Shown in pieces: positions 18,301 to 27,926 of a stretch of DNA of 64,000 nt. The position numbers were made by a program, and so were the translations under genes. Positions within the stretch are counted from its first letter, which is position 1; every line of letters begins with the position of its first letter. This DNA comes from an uncultured Verrucomicrobiae bacterium (GTDB lineage: Bacteria; Verrucomicrobiota; Verrucomicrobiia; Chthoniobacterales; UBA10450). The stretch covers positions 608,001 through 672,000 of the forward strand of contig CAWDGJ010000002.1 of NCBI GenBank assembly GCA_963801815.1. The letters are read 5' to 3'. Under the pieces are notes generated by a model, which was given only the letters and a program-made list of their open reading frames with translations, did no database searches and was not told where the DNA came from.

Positions 18301-21224
18301 ATCTGATCGCGGTCGACCCGCAGTTGAACCGCATCGCGGTCGAAAACGTTACGCTCAACGTAATCGCGCAGGAATATGTTTCCGTTCTCAAAAAACGAGA
18401 GAACGGAAATTACGGTTACGAGTCGGTCCTGCGCGAACGGCCTGTGAAATCGGAAAAGATTGCTGTCGCGGCCGGAGGATTTCATTACCCGCTCTCAACT
18501 AACGACCCAGGCGACTACGTTCTCGAATTGCGTGACGACAAGAATCGCGTGGTGAGCAAACTGAGGTTCTCAGTCGTTGGCCAGGGCCAGATTGCCCGAT
18601 CGCTCGAAAAGAACGCAGAGCTGCAAATCAAGCTCGACCGCAAGCAATACAATCCTGGCGAAGATATCGCGATCAGCATCATCGCGCCTTACGGGGGCAG
18701 CGGTCTGATCACGATCGAGCGCGAGAAAGTTTACACTTACAGTTGGTTTCAAACCAACACCCCGAGCAGCATTCAGCATATCCGGCTGCCGGAAAATTTC
18801 GAAGGCAGCGGTTATATCAACGTCGCGTTCGTGCGCGCGCTCGATTCGAAAGAAATTTTCGTCAGCCCGCTCAGTTATGGCGTTGTTCCATTCACTGCGA
18901 ACGTCGAGAAACGCCGGCTCAAAATCGACATCGATAGCGCGGCCACGGTCAAGCCGGGTGACGCGTTACATATCGGTTACAAAACTGATCGACCGTCCGG
19001 GATCGTTGTTTTCGCGGTCGACCAGGGAATCCTGCAAGTGACCGATTACAAGACGCCGAACCCGCTCGCTTACTTCTTCCGCAAATGCGCGCTCGGGGTT
19101 GAGACTGCGCAGATTGTCGATCTGATCATTCCGGAATTTTCGCTGTTGCGGTCGCTGTCCGCTTACGGCGGCGATGGCGGCGAAGAAAAACGACTGAATC
19201 CATTCAAACGCATAACCGAAAAACCAGTCGTGTTCTGGTCGGGGATTCTCGACGCCGACATGAACCGGCGTGAAGTCGTTTACAACGTTCCCGATTTCTT
19301 TGACGGCACGTTGAAAATCATGGCCGTCGCGGTTTCGAGCGACACAACCGGCTCATCCGAGCGGGACGCGCTGATTCGTGGCCCTTTTGTGATTACGCCG
19401 AGCGTACCGGTCCTGGCTGTCCCAGGAGACGAATTCGAAGCCGGCGTCACCGTGGCCAACAATGTCGAGGGCTCTGGCGCCGACGCCGAGATCGAACTGC
19501 GCGCCGAAACGTCAGCGCAATTGTCTGTGAACGGGCCGGCGACCCAGAAGTTGCAAATCTCTGAGGGCCGCGAAAAGAGCGCTGTATTTCGCTTCCACGT
19601 GAACGACGCGCTTGGCTCTGGCGAAATCAAATTTACCGCAAGCCGAAACGGGACGGAAACAAGGCGACGCGCGACACTCAGTGTCCGCCCCGCCGTCCCC
19701 TTTGTAACCGATGTTCGCAGCGGCAGTTTCAAAAAGGCGAGCGTCGATGTTGCGATCAAGCGCCAGATGTATACCGAACTCGCGAAACGCGAAGCCGCGA
19801 TTTCGGCGACGCCGCTCGGTTTGGCCCACGGCCTTGATGCTTACCTGAAGGCTTTCCCCTTCGGATGCAGCGAGCAAATTACCAGCGGCGCGTTTTGTCG
19901 ACTCGCGTTGGCAAACGAAACAGACTTCGGCCTGAGCCGCGCAGAGGTAAACGCGCAGCTTGAGAGAACGTTCAGTATCCTGCGCCGCCGGCAAAACGCC
20001 CAGGGTGCGTTCGGATACTGGGCGCCAGAGAACGGCGAACACATCAGTTTCAATTCCGCTTACGTCATGGATTTCCTGAGCGAAGCGAAGGCCGCCGGTT
20101 TCCCGCCTCCGACCGAAATGTTCGCGACCGGACTCCGCAGTTTGCAACGAATGGTCGCCAAGCAACCGGAGGATTTGATCGACGCGCGCCGGATTGCCTA
20201 CGCGATTTATGTCCTGACCCGCGAAGGCGTGATTACGACCAACTACATTCTCAATCTTCAGGATTACCTGAATAAGAAACACGCCGAGGAATGGGAAAAC
20301 GACCTAACCGGTGTTTATCTCGCCGGTTCGCTTAAGCTTCTCCACAAAGACAAGGAAGCCGAGGCGTTGATCGACAAGTTCAAGATCGACAACAAAGCCG
20401 AGCGCACCTACGAGGATTTTTGTCAGCCGCTCGGCACAAATTCGCAATACGTGACCGTGCTCGCGCGACAATTCTCCGCGCGGCTCAAAAAGATTTCAGC
20501 GAACCAATTCGAGCAAATCTTGAAGCCGATCGGCGACGGTGAATTCAACACCCTGTCCGCCGCCTACGCCGTCCAGGCGTTGAAAGCGTATTCGCACGTG
20601 ATTGCGCAAAATCCGCCGCAATTGACGATTGCTGAGATCCACGCCGATAAACGCGAAGTCAGCCTGACCAGTGCGGCGAAATTGCTTCAACGTGTTCCGT
20701 TTTCAAAAGACGCGACCGTGCTGCGTTTCAAGAGCACGCCACCAATCACCGGACCGGGCGCGTTTTATCAAGTTGTGGAAGCTGGATACGATCGCCACGC
20801 GCCTGAAAAAGCAATGAGCGAGGGCTTGGAAGTTTTTCGCGAACTGCTCGACAAAGACGACAAACCGGTGACTCGAACAAAACTGGGTGAGCCCATTCAT
20901 GTGCGCGTGCGCATACGCAGCACGAAAAAAGACGAAACCTTTACCAACGTCGCGGTGATCGATCTTCTGCCGGGCGGCTTCGAAGTGGTTGGGTCTTCGT
21001 TACAACCAGGCGTGTCTTCCATCAACGGCGTCGATTACGTCGATGTTCGCGAAGATCGCGCGATCTTCTTCGGCGCCGCAGACGAAAATGTCCTCGAGAT
21101 CAATTATCAGATTAAATCGACCAACCGCGGCGAGTTTGTCGTCCCGCCAGTGTTCGCCGAGTCGATGTACGAGCGAAACATCAAAGGCCGCGGAGTGGGC
21201 GGCAAAATCACCGTAACGGAATGA
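15348..21224 (+). CDS. Bacterial alpha-2-macroglobulin family protein
   Basis: 1958 aa; FTERGVYRPGD, EFLPDR, AVDQGIL, thioester motif GCSEQ, DLLPGGFE, AESMY; adjacent to pbpC. Confidence 0.95.
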   Translation: MIIPASLSKLSELVLRPVFWIGRGLTRAWFAIFGRVSWSPPDWFSRSHSAWTQFSDTRPRTTASVLIAVLLVCCGSIWTWHWYQARPKPHRVSATVAAIPVTKLDKELQYPPLVVRFSDPAARLEDLKKPSVEGVRLEPQVAGAWSWSSDKELIFRPTGDWPADRKFQIIFDKRFFPTQVLMERMTYEAQTPPFSIAISQLELYQDPSNPKQRQVTATLELTHAVEPGELDRHVQLLMVGGSPVFSPSDQPPHFTITYGLHHRLAYLRSSNVALPEKEDFMKLTVSAGVRTTQGGAQTHDGGEQKIQIPSVATAFQINSIEGNIARNKNGEPEQVLILSTTADISTKELAKAVKIWLLPKREIEKSDDEDTESADQSDSETRSSDSEESDDTSESKKGEAKWESATDVPDEILEQAKPVQFTTLPSEKAQDRQHAFRVRVETEGELYVRVAKGVKAFGDYPLVEDYNAVVSVPELPREVQIESQGGLLALSGERKLSIRSRGLNAIEYEIARVATTQINHLVSQTEGKFEDPEFKNPSLFNQENISRIAIQHQPIALENKWKANYSAFDFAEQLKKPADGGSERGLFFLTARGWDPEKKKPISGITDNRFLLITDIGILTKKSVNGGSDVFLVSIKTGKPIADATVEILGKNGIPVQTAKTAPDGHCAFASVEKSEREKAPVAFVARNGDDIAFMPFASEDRVLNFSRFDIEGAENIGAEGLDAFVFTERGVYRPGDEIHAGMIVKQRNWQGNLKGLPVETEVVDARDLKVQTKKITLPDSGFAELNYLTANESPTGTYTFNVYLIKNNRRDTLLGSTTASVKEFLPDRMKIEARLSQAAPKGWISPTDVHAAITLANLYGTPASDRRVTGKVELEPAAFSFSEFKDFTFFDPLIDEKKSRSEQTSDLGEQKTDNDGHADFDLQLERYADSTYAMRFIAEGFEGEGGRSVTSYVSALVSALPYVIGYKADGDLRYIDMNKPRAVDLIAVDPQLNRIAVENVTLNVIAQEYVSVLKKRENGNYGYESVLRERPVKSEKIAVAAGGFHYPLSTNDPGDYVLELRDDKNRVVSKLRFSVVGQGQIARSLEKNAELQIKLDRKQYNPGEDIAISIIAPYGGSGLITIEREKVYTYSWFQTNTPSSIQHIRLPENFEGSGYINVAFVRALDSKEIFVSPLSYGVVPFTANVEKRRLKIDIDSAATVKPGDALHIGYKTDRPSGIVVFAVDQGILQVTDYKTPNPLAYFFRKCALGVETAQIVDLIIPEFSLLRSLSAYGGDGGEEKRLNPFKRITEKPVVFWSGILDADMNRREVVYNVPDFFDGTLKIMAVAVSSDTTGSSERDALIRGPFVITPSVPVLAVPGDEFEAGVTVANNVEGSGADAEIELRAETSAQLSVNGPATQKLQISEGREKSAVFRFHVNDALGSGEIKFTASRNGTETRRRATLSVRPAVPFVTDVRSGSFKKASVDVAIKRQMYTELAKREAAISATPLGLAHGLDAYLKAFPFGCSEQITSGAFCRLALANETDFGLSRAEVNAQLERTFSILRRRQNAQGAFGYWAPENGEHISFNSAYVMDFLSEAKAAGFPPPTEMFATGLRSLQRMVAKQPEDLIDARRIAYAIYVLTREGVITTNYILNLQDYLNKKHAEEWENDLTGVYLAGSLKLLHKDKEAEALIDKFKIDNKAERTYEDFCQPLGTNSQYVTVLARQFSARLKKISANQFEQILKPIGDGEFNTLSAAYAVQALKAYSHVIAQNPPQLTIAEIHADKREVSLTSAAKLLQRVPFSKDATVLRFKSTPPITGPGAFYQVVEAGYDRHAPEKAMSEGLEVFRELLDKDDKPVTRTKLGEPIHVRVRIRSTKKDETFTNVAVIDLLPGGFEVVGSSLQPGVSSINGVDYVDVREDRAIFFGAADENVLEINYQIKSTNRGEFVVPPVFAESMYERNIKGRGVGGKITVTE

Positions 21225-23707
21225 AAGCGAGGCAAGAATCTTCTGGGGAGCGCAGGCGCCTCGCCTGCTGGCGGTCGCGCCCTCGCGACCGCGAACTTTT
21301 CCAGGGTGAAACTTTTCGGCGAGGCGCCGAAAAGAGCACGCGGGGGCGCGTGCGCTCCCCAGAAATCCGCGTTTCGCGGGTGAGATCCCTCGCGTTGCTC
21401 GGGATGACGATGTGGTCGATTTGGCTATTCTTGCCGAAGCCGCCGTTACTCGACGGCATTTCCTTTTCGCAATGCGTGCGTGATCGCAACGGTGAATTAC
21501 TGCGCGTGACCTTAACGCCAGACCAGAAGTTTCGGATTCGGACGTCGCTTTCCGATATTTCGCCTGAGCTAATCGACGCGACGCTGCGCTACGAAGACAA
21601 GTACTTTGCGCGACATCCCGGAGTGAACCCGATCGCACTCGCTCGCGCCGGATTCGGGTTTCTTCGCGGCGGCGCGCGGACTGGCGCTTCCACCATCACG
21701 ATGCAAGTAGCGCGTCTGCGGTTTCACCTGCAAACGCGAACGCCGATTGGAAAACTGCGGCAAATCACTCGCGCGCTCGAACTGGAGCGGCATTATTCGA
21801 AAGCTCAGATCCTGGAGGCTTACCTGAACCTGGCGCCTTATGGACGCAACATTGAAGGCATCGGTGCGGCCAGTCAGATTTACTTCGCCAAAAGCGCGGC
21901 GCACCTGACGCGACCCGAATCAATTTCACTGAGCGTCATCCCGCAAAGTCCGACCCGCCGCGCGTTGTACGTGAATCGCGAAAATCGTTCCCTCAATGCC
22001 GCCCAGGAAAATTGGTACGATCGCGCCGGACTCGATAACCAATCGCCCGCGCGAGAATTCAGCGCGCGCGCGGAAGCCGAACGTGCGTTCCTTGCGCCGC
22101 ACTTTGTCCAACAAGTAATGGAAATGGCAGGGCCGGCGCGCGGCGCCGACCGGACATTGCACCGCGATGTCCCTACCTCAATCACCACAACGCTTGATTT
22201 GCAAAAACAGCAACTGATCGAGCGAAGAATCTCCGATTACATCCGCGCAAATCGCAATCACGGGTTTCAAAACGCCGCTGCCATGCTGATTGACGTCCGA
22301 AGCATGGACGTGCTCGCGCAAGTGGGTTCTGCGGATTTCTTCAACGTCGAAATTCAGGGACAAGTTGATGGAACACGCAGTCCGCGTTCACCCGGTTCGA
22401 CTTTGAAGCCATTCGTTTACGCGCTCGCGATCGACCAGGGCCTCATACATCCGTTATCGATCCTGCCAGACGCGCCGCGGAGTTTCGGGGATTACAATCC
22501 CGAAGATTTCGATCGCGATTTTTTCGGGCCGATTCGCGCGTGCGATGCTCTGGCGCGAAGCCGGAACCTTCCGGCGGTCGTACTGGCGTCGGAGTTGGCG
22601 AGCCCAACCTTGTATGAATTTCTGCGCGGCGCCGGAGTCTCGCTGCCGCGCTCGGAACCACTTTATGGTCTCGCGCTTCCGCTGGGTGGCGCAGAGATAA
22701 AAATGGAAGATCTCGTCCGGTTGTACGCCGCACTCGCTCACAACGGCGAGCTTCGTCCGCTTCGCCGCATTCTCAGCCAGCCGGCTTCTGCAAACTTGAC
22801 TGGTTTAACCAGTCAAGTTTCAAGAAAGCGCATTATTTCGCCCGAAGCCGCGTTCTTGACGCTAGAAATGCTCAATGTCCCACGTCCGGAAATTGGTTAC
22901 GTGGACTCGAGCAATGTCGCTCCAGTGTTTTGGAAAACCGGCACGTCAAACGGTTTTCACGACGCATGGTCGGTCGCGGTTTTCAATCATTACGTGCTTG
23001 CGGTTTGGATTGGAAATTTTGATGGCAAATCAAATCCGGCACTCATTGGCCGGTCGGCCGCGGCGCCACTTCTTTTTCAAATCATCGACGCTCTTCGCGC
23101 CAGCTGGCCGGAACCGGTTGAGCCGCATCTTCCCCCGCCGAATGCAAATTTGAAACGAGTGGAATTCTGCGCGGTGTCCGGAGATTTGCCGGGCCCACAT
23201 TGCACCCAGCGAATCGAAGGCTGGTTCATTCCCGGAATTTCGCCGATCAAGACGTGCGATGTGCATCAGGAGGTTCTGGTGGACGTCGCGACTGGTCTGC
23301 GGGTCCCGGTCGATGACGGAACTCGAATTCTCCGGCACGAAGTTTACGAATTCTGGCCCAGCGACTTGCTGACCCTTTTCGAGCGCGCCGGTCTGCCGCG
23401 ACGCTCGCCGCCGCCTTTCCTGCCCGGAACCGAATCGGAATTCGCTGCTCGAAGTGGAAATCCACCGAAGATTATTTCTCCTTCCGACGGCGGCGCGGTT
23501 CTGATGGCAACTTCGGGTGAGATCCCGTTGCGGGCAAAGAGCGACGCGGACGTGCGCGAGATTTACTGGTTCGCCGACAAGACGTTTATCGGAAAATCGC
23601 GGCCGGCAGAAATGCTGAGCTGGAAATCATCGTCGCCGGGCAGTTATCAATTGATCGCGCTCGACGATCACGGCCGGTCGGGTTCCTGCCGCGTTGAGGT
23701 TCGTTGA
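21221..23707 (+). CDS. pbpC: Penicillin-binding protein 1C
   Basis: EDKYF, GASTITMQVARL, ILEAYLNLAPYG, STLK, SRN, KTGTS; follows alpha-2-macroglobulin (ATGA overlap); alternative start at 21404. Confidence 0.93.
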   Translation: MKARQESSGERRRLACWRSRPRDRELFQGETFRRGAEKSTRGRVRSPEIRVSRVRSLALLGMTMWSIWLFLPKPPLLDGISFSQCVRDRNGELLRVTLTPDQKFRIRTSLSDISPELIDATLRYEDKYFARHPGVNPIALARAGFGFLRGGARTGASTITMQVARLRFHLQTRTPIGKLRQITRALELERHYSKAQILEAYLNLAPYGRNIEGIGAASQIYFAKSAAHLTRPESISLSVIPQSPTRRALYVNRENRSLNAAQENWYDRAGLDNQSPAREFSARAEAERAFLAPHFVQQVMEMAGPARGADRTLHRDVPTSITTTLDLQKQQLIERRISDYIRANRNHGFQNAAAMLIDVRSMDVLAQVGSADFFNVEIQGQVDGTRSPRSPGSTLKPFVYALAIDQGLIHPLSILPDAPRSFGDYNPEDFDRDFFGPIRACDALARSRNLPAVVLASELASPTLYEFLRGAGVSLPRSEPLYGLALPLGGAEIKMEDLVRLYAALAHNGELRPLRRILSQPASANLTGLTSQVSRKRIISPEAAFLTLEMLNVPRPEIGYVDSSNVAPVFWKTGTSNGFHDAWSVAVFNHYVLAVWIGNFDGKSNPALIGRSAAAPLLFQIIDALRASWPEPVEPHLPPPNANLKRVEFCAVSGDLPGPHCTQRIEGWFIPGISPIKTCDVHQEVLVDVATGLRVPVDDGTRILRHEVYEFWPSDLLTLFERAGLPRRSPPPFLPGTESEFAARSGNPPKIISPSDGGAVLMATSGEIPLRAKSDADVREIYWFADKTFIGKSRPAEMLSWKSSSPGSYQLIALDDHGRSGSCRVEVR
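21241..21364. repeat. Full-length family A palindromic element in the 5' end of pbpC
   Basis: 14-bp terminal IR ttctggggagcgca/tgcgctccccagaa with several internal hairpins. Confidence 0.85.
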
Positions 23708-23753
23708 CACCCGTGCGATTGCGACGGCTGGCGACTGCCGCTACAGGTAAAAT

Positions 23754-25754
23754 GTGTCCCGTCAATACACCCTCCATCGTCCTGCCAGATCGACATCGAT
23801 CCACATCGATTACGCAGCGGAGCTTAACGAACAACAGCTTGCAGCGGTCACGGCGCCGCCCGGGCCGCAGCTGATAATCGCCGGAGCCGGTTCGGGCAAA
23901 ACCCGGACACTGACATATCGCGTGGCTTACCTGCTCGAAAACGGGATCGATCCGCGAAACATTTTATTGCTCACGTTCACGAACAAAGCCGCCCGGCAAA
24001 TGCTCGAGCGGGTCGCGAACCTCCTGCCTATCGACGCAAGCGGGATCTGGGGCGGAACGTTTCACTCGGTTGGCAATCGAATCTTGCGACGGCACGGCAG
24101 CGCGATCGGCTACAACAGCGGTTTTACGATCATGGACCGCGAGGACCAAAAAGACCTGATCAACACGGTGGTCGCGAGCGCGGGAATCGATCCAAAAGAG
24201 ATCCGGTTTCCTAAAGGCGATGTGCTCGCGGAAATTTTCAGTTTCGTCATCAACACCGAGACACCGATGGGCGAACTGCTTGCGGAAAAGTTTCCGTATT
24301 TCCTGCCGCTGCTGGAGAGAATCCAAGACGTTCAGGAACGCTACGAGAGGAAAAAGAAAGCGACCAACTCCATCGATTTCGACGATTTGCTCCAAAAGAC
24401 ATTATCGATGCTACAGCACCACGAAAGCATCGCGCAGTTTTATCGCCGGCAATTCCAATTCATTCTCGTCGATGAGTATCAGGACACGAACAAGATCCAG
24501 GCGGATTTGATCGATTTACTCGCCCAGGAGCATCGCAACGTCATGGTTGTCGGCGACGATGCGCAGTCGATCTATTCCTGGCGCGGCGCGAACTTCCAAA
24601 ACATTCTCGAATTCCCAAAACGTTACCCGGACGCGCAGGTCTTTAAAATCGAGATGAATTACCGGAGCGTCCCGGAGATCCTCGACGTGGCGAACGCTGC
24701 GATTGCTACAAATGTCGATCAATTCAAAAAAAACCTCCAGCCGGTCCGTGAATCGAATTCGGTAAAACCGGCGGTCGTCGCGTTGAATGACGGCAGCGAA
24801 CAGGCTCAGTTTGTGGCCCAACGAATCCTCGAATTGCGCGATGAGAATGTCGAACTCAACGAGATCGCAGTGTTATATCGCGCGCATTTTCACGCGCTGG
24901 AGTTGCAGTTGGAGCTGTCACGGCGCGGAATTCCCTATCAGATCACGAGTGGCATCCGGTTTTTTGAACAGGCCCACATCAAAGACGTGATCTCGTTTTT
25001 GCGACTGGTGTCGAATCCGCGCGATGAAGTTGCATTTAAGCGTATGGCCAAACTGTTTCCGGGCATCGGTAACCGCAGCGCAGACAATCTTTGGAACGCC
25101 TGGGAAAAGTCACTCAATGAAAAAGGCGAAGTCACTTCATGGAGCGAGCGACTGTTGCCGATGAATGTGAGCACAAAATCGAAAAAACACTGGGTCCAGC
25201 TCGCCCATACGCTCGACGAAATGGCACCGCGGGGTCAGCCGAATCCGCCCTCCGAAATGATCACGTCGGTGGTTGAAGCGATCTATGATGACTACGCGAA
25301 GGTCAACTTCACAAATTACGAGCTGCGAAAGGAAGACCTGAATCAACTCGCGGCATTCGCGCGACAATTCAAAGACCTTAACGAATTTCTCTCCCAACTC
25401 GCGTTGATCAGCAACGTCGACACGGAGGCGGCGCCAAACCAGACCGCCGACCGGGAAGCGGTAAATCTCTCCACGGTTCATCAGGCCAAGGGCCTTGAAT
25501 TTCACACTGTGTTCGTAATCTGGCTGACTGACGGAATGTTCCCCAGCAGCCGATCAATGGATGAGCGCAAAGATTTGGAAGAAGAACGCCGCTTGTTTTA
25601 TGTGGCGATCACGCGAGCGAAGGACGAACTCTACCTGACCTACCCCCATATGCGTTTGAGCGGTGGTTACGGTGACGTCTTCCAACGGCCATCGCGATTT
25701 CTCAAAGAAATTTCAAACAAACTCGTCGAGGACTGGGACGTCAAAAGAGGCTGA
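23754..25754 (+). CDS. UvrD/PcrA-family ATP-dependent DNA helicase
   Basis: AGAGSGKT, TFTNKAA, VDEYQD, GDDAQSIYSWRGA, NYRS, TVHQAKGLEF, EERRLFYVAITRA. Confidence 0.95.
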   Translation: MSRQYTLHRPARSTSIHIDYAAELNEQQLAAVTAPPGPQLIIAGAGSGKTRTLTYRVAYLLENGIDPRNILLLTFTNKAARQMLERVANLLPIDASGIWGGTFHSVGNRILRRHGSAIGYNSGFTIMDREDQKDLINTVVASAGIDPKEIRFPKGDVLAEIFSFVINTETPMGELLAEKFPYFLPLLERIQDVQERYERKKKATNSIDFDDLLQKTLSMLQHHESIAQFYRRQFQFILVDEYQDTNKIQADLIDLLAQEHRNVMVVGDDAQSIYSWRGANFQNILEFPKRYPDAQVFKIEMNYRSVPEILDVANAAIATNVDQFKKNLQPVRESNSVKPAVVALNDGSEQAQFVAQRILELRDENVELNEIAVLYRAHFHALELQLELSRRGIPYQITSGIRFFEQAHIKDVISFLRLVSNPRDEVAFKRMAKLFPGIGNRSADNLWNAWEKSLNEKGEVTSWSERLLPMNVSTKSKKHWVQLAHTLDEMAPRGQPNPPSEMITSVVEAIYDDYAKVNFTNYELRKEDLNQLAAFARQFKDLNEFLSQLALISNVDTEAAPNQTADREAVNLSTVHQAKGLEFHTVFVIWLTDGMFPSSRSMDERKDLEEERRLFYVAITRAKDELYLTYPHMRLSGGYGDVFQRPSRFLKEISNKLVEDWDVKRG

Positions 25755-25758
25755 TTAT

Positions 25759-25788
25759 AGCCACGGATGAACACAGATTTGCACAGAT
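25759..25788 (+). repeat. Left arm of three 10-nt-periodic CAC(A/G)GAT units
   Basis: agccacggatgaacacagatttgcacagat; imperfect inverse of 26187-26217. Confidence 0.85.
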
Positions 25789-25790
25789 AG

Positions 25791-26186
25791 ATGTTAACGA
25801 TCGGGCAAGAGGCTGAAGAACACTTTCCACACAAGGAGATTACCGAATCCATTATCGGAGCTGCCTTCGAAGTTCACAATGAGCTCGGCTATGGATTCCT
25901 CGAGCGTGTTTATCAAAGTGCCTTGCAGGTGGAATTGCTTCGACGTCGAAGAAGCGCCGAAATCGAGAAGCGCATCCAAGTTCAATATAAAGGCGTGGTC
26001 GTTGGCGACTACGAGGCTGACTTGATTGTCGACAATTGTGTAGCTGTCGAAATAAAGATTTCCCCGCAATATGACAAACGTGATGAGGCTCAGCTTCTTA
26101 ATGAGCTGAAAGCAACCGGCCTGAAGGTAGGCGTGCTGGTGAATTTTGGTCGAACGAAAGTCGAGTTCAAGCGTCTCGTCTTCTGA
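25791..26186 (+). CDS. GxxExxY protein (PD-(D/E)xK nuclease superfamily)
   Basis: IIGAAFEVHNELGYGFLERVY (GxxExxY), ADLIV..VEIK, AQLLN.LKATG..G.LVNFG. Confidence 0.93.
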   Translation: MLTIGQEAEEHFPHKEITESIIGAAFEVHNELGYGFLERVYQSALQVELLRRRRSAEIEKRIQVQYKGVVVGDYEADLIVDNCVAVEIKISPQYDKRDEAQLLNELKATGLKVGVLVNFGRTKVEFKRLVF

Positions 26187-26217
26187 ATCTGTGTTTCATC
26201 TGTGAAAATCTGTGGCT
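26187..26217 (-). repeat. Right arm of three ATCTGTG units
   Basis: atctgtgtttcatctgtgaaaatctgtggct begins at the base after the stop codon. Confidence 0.85.
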
Positions 26218-26228
26218 GAAAGGGATTG

Positions 26229-27926
26229 ATGCAGTTATCGACGGAGAAAAAGATCGCAGGCATTCTGGCGCCACTGTTCGGGTTGCGCGGCGAAAATGAT
26301 CTGGGCATCGGTGACGTCGCGGTTTTGCGAGAGTTCATTGACTGGGCGGCCGAGATTGGGTTCAGGCTCGTACAACTCCTGCCGATTAACGAGACCGGCG
26401 GGGATCACAGCCCTTACAACGCGATCAGCGCGATGGCAATCGAACCGACGACTTTGTATCTCGCGCCCGGCTCGCCAGAAGAGTTAACGGAGTATCATTA
26501 CGACGCGGTGTTGGCAGATGCCGACCTTGCAAAGCTTCGCCACGGGAACGTCAAACATGCGACAGTCAAAAAGTTAAAGCGTCTTCTGCTGGAAAAAGCG
26601 TTCGCGAACTTCACGAGATACTGTCCCAAAGAGCGACAATCTCTCTTCCGGCAGTTTTGCGCACAAGAATCGGCGTGGCTCGATGATTACGCGGCGTTTC
26701 GAGCGTTGATGGAAGAGAACGATGACAACGAATCGTGGGACACTTGGCCGGCGGAGCAGCGCGACCTCGAATCCGCCGGCGCCTGGCTGGCGCGCCAATC
26801 GTCCACGAAGCAGAAGAGGTTTTCGCAACGCGAAAATTTTTTCCGCTACGTCCAATGGGTTGCCTACGAACAATGGTCGGAGGCGAAATCTTATGCCGAG
26901 CAACGCGGCGTCGCGCTGATGGGAGACATTCCTTTCGGGGTCAGCTATTACAGCGCGGATGTTTTTGCGCGCCCGGATGAGTTCAAACTGGACTGGTGTG
27001 GCGGCGCACCGCCTGAATCCCATTTCAAGGACGATCAATTTACTCAAAAGTGGGGCCAAAATTGGGGAATACCGCTTTTTCGGTGGGACGCAATGCGTAA
27101 GCGAAACTTCGATTGGTGGCGGCAACGCGTTCGCAGCATCCGGCAAAGTTTTCATCTTTTCCGGATCGATCATGTCCTCGGCTTCTACCGCATCTACGCA
27201 TTTCCGTGGCGGCCACATCAAAACACGAAATTCCTGCCACTCGAGTGGGACCAAATGCTAGAACGAACCGGCGGCCGCGAGCCGCAGTTTGTTTCGCGCC
27301 GCGACGACACCCCTGACAACTGCGAAGCGAACCGGCGCGAAGGCGAAGAGTATCTTCACGCGGTGTTGGAAGAATCAGGCGACGCGCGCGTGATCGGCGA
27401 AGACCTTGGAACCGTGCCGATTTATGTCCGGCCGAGTTTGCAGTCGCTAGGCATCGCCGGATTCAAGATCCCGCAATGGGAAGTTTATCACGGACGCGTC
27501 ACGCCTGGCGCGGAATACGAACGCCTTTCCGTCGCTACCTATGCGACGCACGACCACAAACCGCTGCGCGCCATGTGGGAGGAGGCGTTCGAGCATCCCA
27601 CATCCACATCCGACCAGTCACGCGCGGAGCTCGAAAAAATCGCGACGTTTGCGGGGTTCAATAGAGATGGCGAATCCATAGAATTTGAACGCGACTTTTA
27701 TCCCGTCGTCCTGGAGGCGCTTTTTAAATGCGAATCGTGGATCGCAGCCGTGATGATCACTGATCTGTTGGCCCGTTCATATCGTTTCAATGTTCCGGGG
27801 ACGGCCGCGAGCTCCAATTGGTCCCGACGGATGCAGCGGCCGGTTTCTCAGCTGCGGTCGAGCCCGAAAGAGCAACAGCGAATGAAATTAGTTCGCGAGC
27901 TACTGGAAAAGACCGGAAGAATTTAG
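26229..27926 (+). CDS. malQ: 4-alpha-glucanotransferase (amylomaltase, GH77)
   Basis: GIGD, QLLPIN, SPY, LMGDIP, QNWGIP, FRIDHVLG, GEDLG, THDH, NVPGT. Confidence 0.93.
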   Translation: MQLSTEKKIAGILAPLFGLRGENDLGIGDVAVLREFIDWAAEIGFRLVQLLPINETGGDHSPYNAISAMAIEPTTLYLAPGSPEELTEYHYDAVLADADLAKLRHGNVKHATVKKLKRLLLEKAFANFTRYCPKERQSLFRQFCAQESAWLDDYAAFRALMEENDDNESWDTWPAEQRDLESAGAWLARQSSTKQKRFSQRENFFRYVQWVAYEQWSEAKSYAEQRGVALMGDIPFGVSYYSADVFARPDEFKLDWCGGAPPESHFKDDQFTQKWGQNWGIPLFRWDAMRKRNFDWWRQRVRSIRQSFHLFRIDHVLGFYRIYAFPWRPHQNTKFLPLEWDQMLERTGGREPQFVSRRDDTPDNCEANRREGEEYLHAVLEESGDARVIGEDLGTVPIYVRPSLQSLGIAGFKIPQWEVYHGRVTPGAEYERLSVATYATHDHKPLRAMWEEAFEHPTSTSDQSRAELEKIATFAGFNRDGESIEFERDFYPVVLEALFKCESWIAAVMITDLLARSYRFNVPGTAASSNWSRRMQRPVSQLRSSPKEQQRMKLVRELLEKTGRI

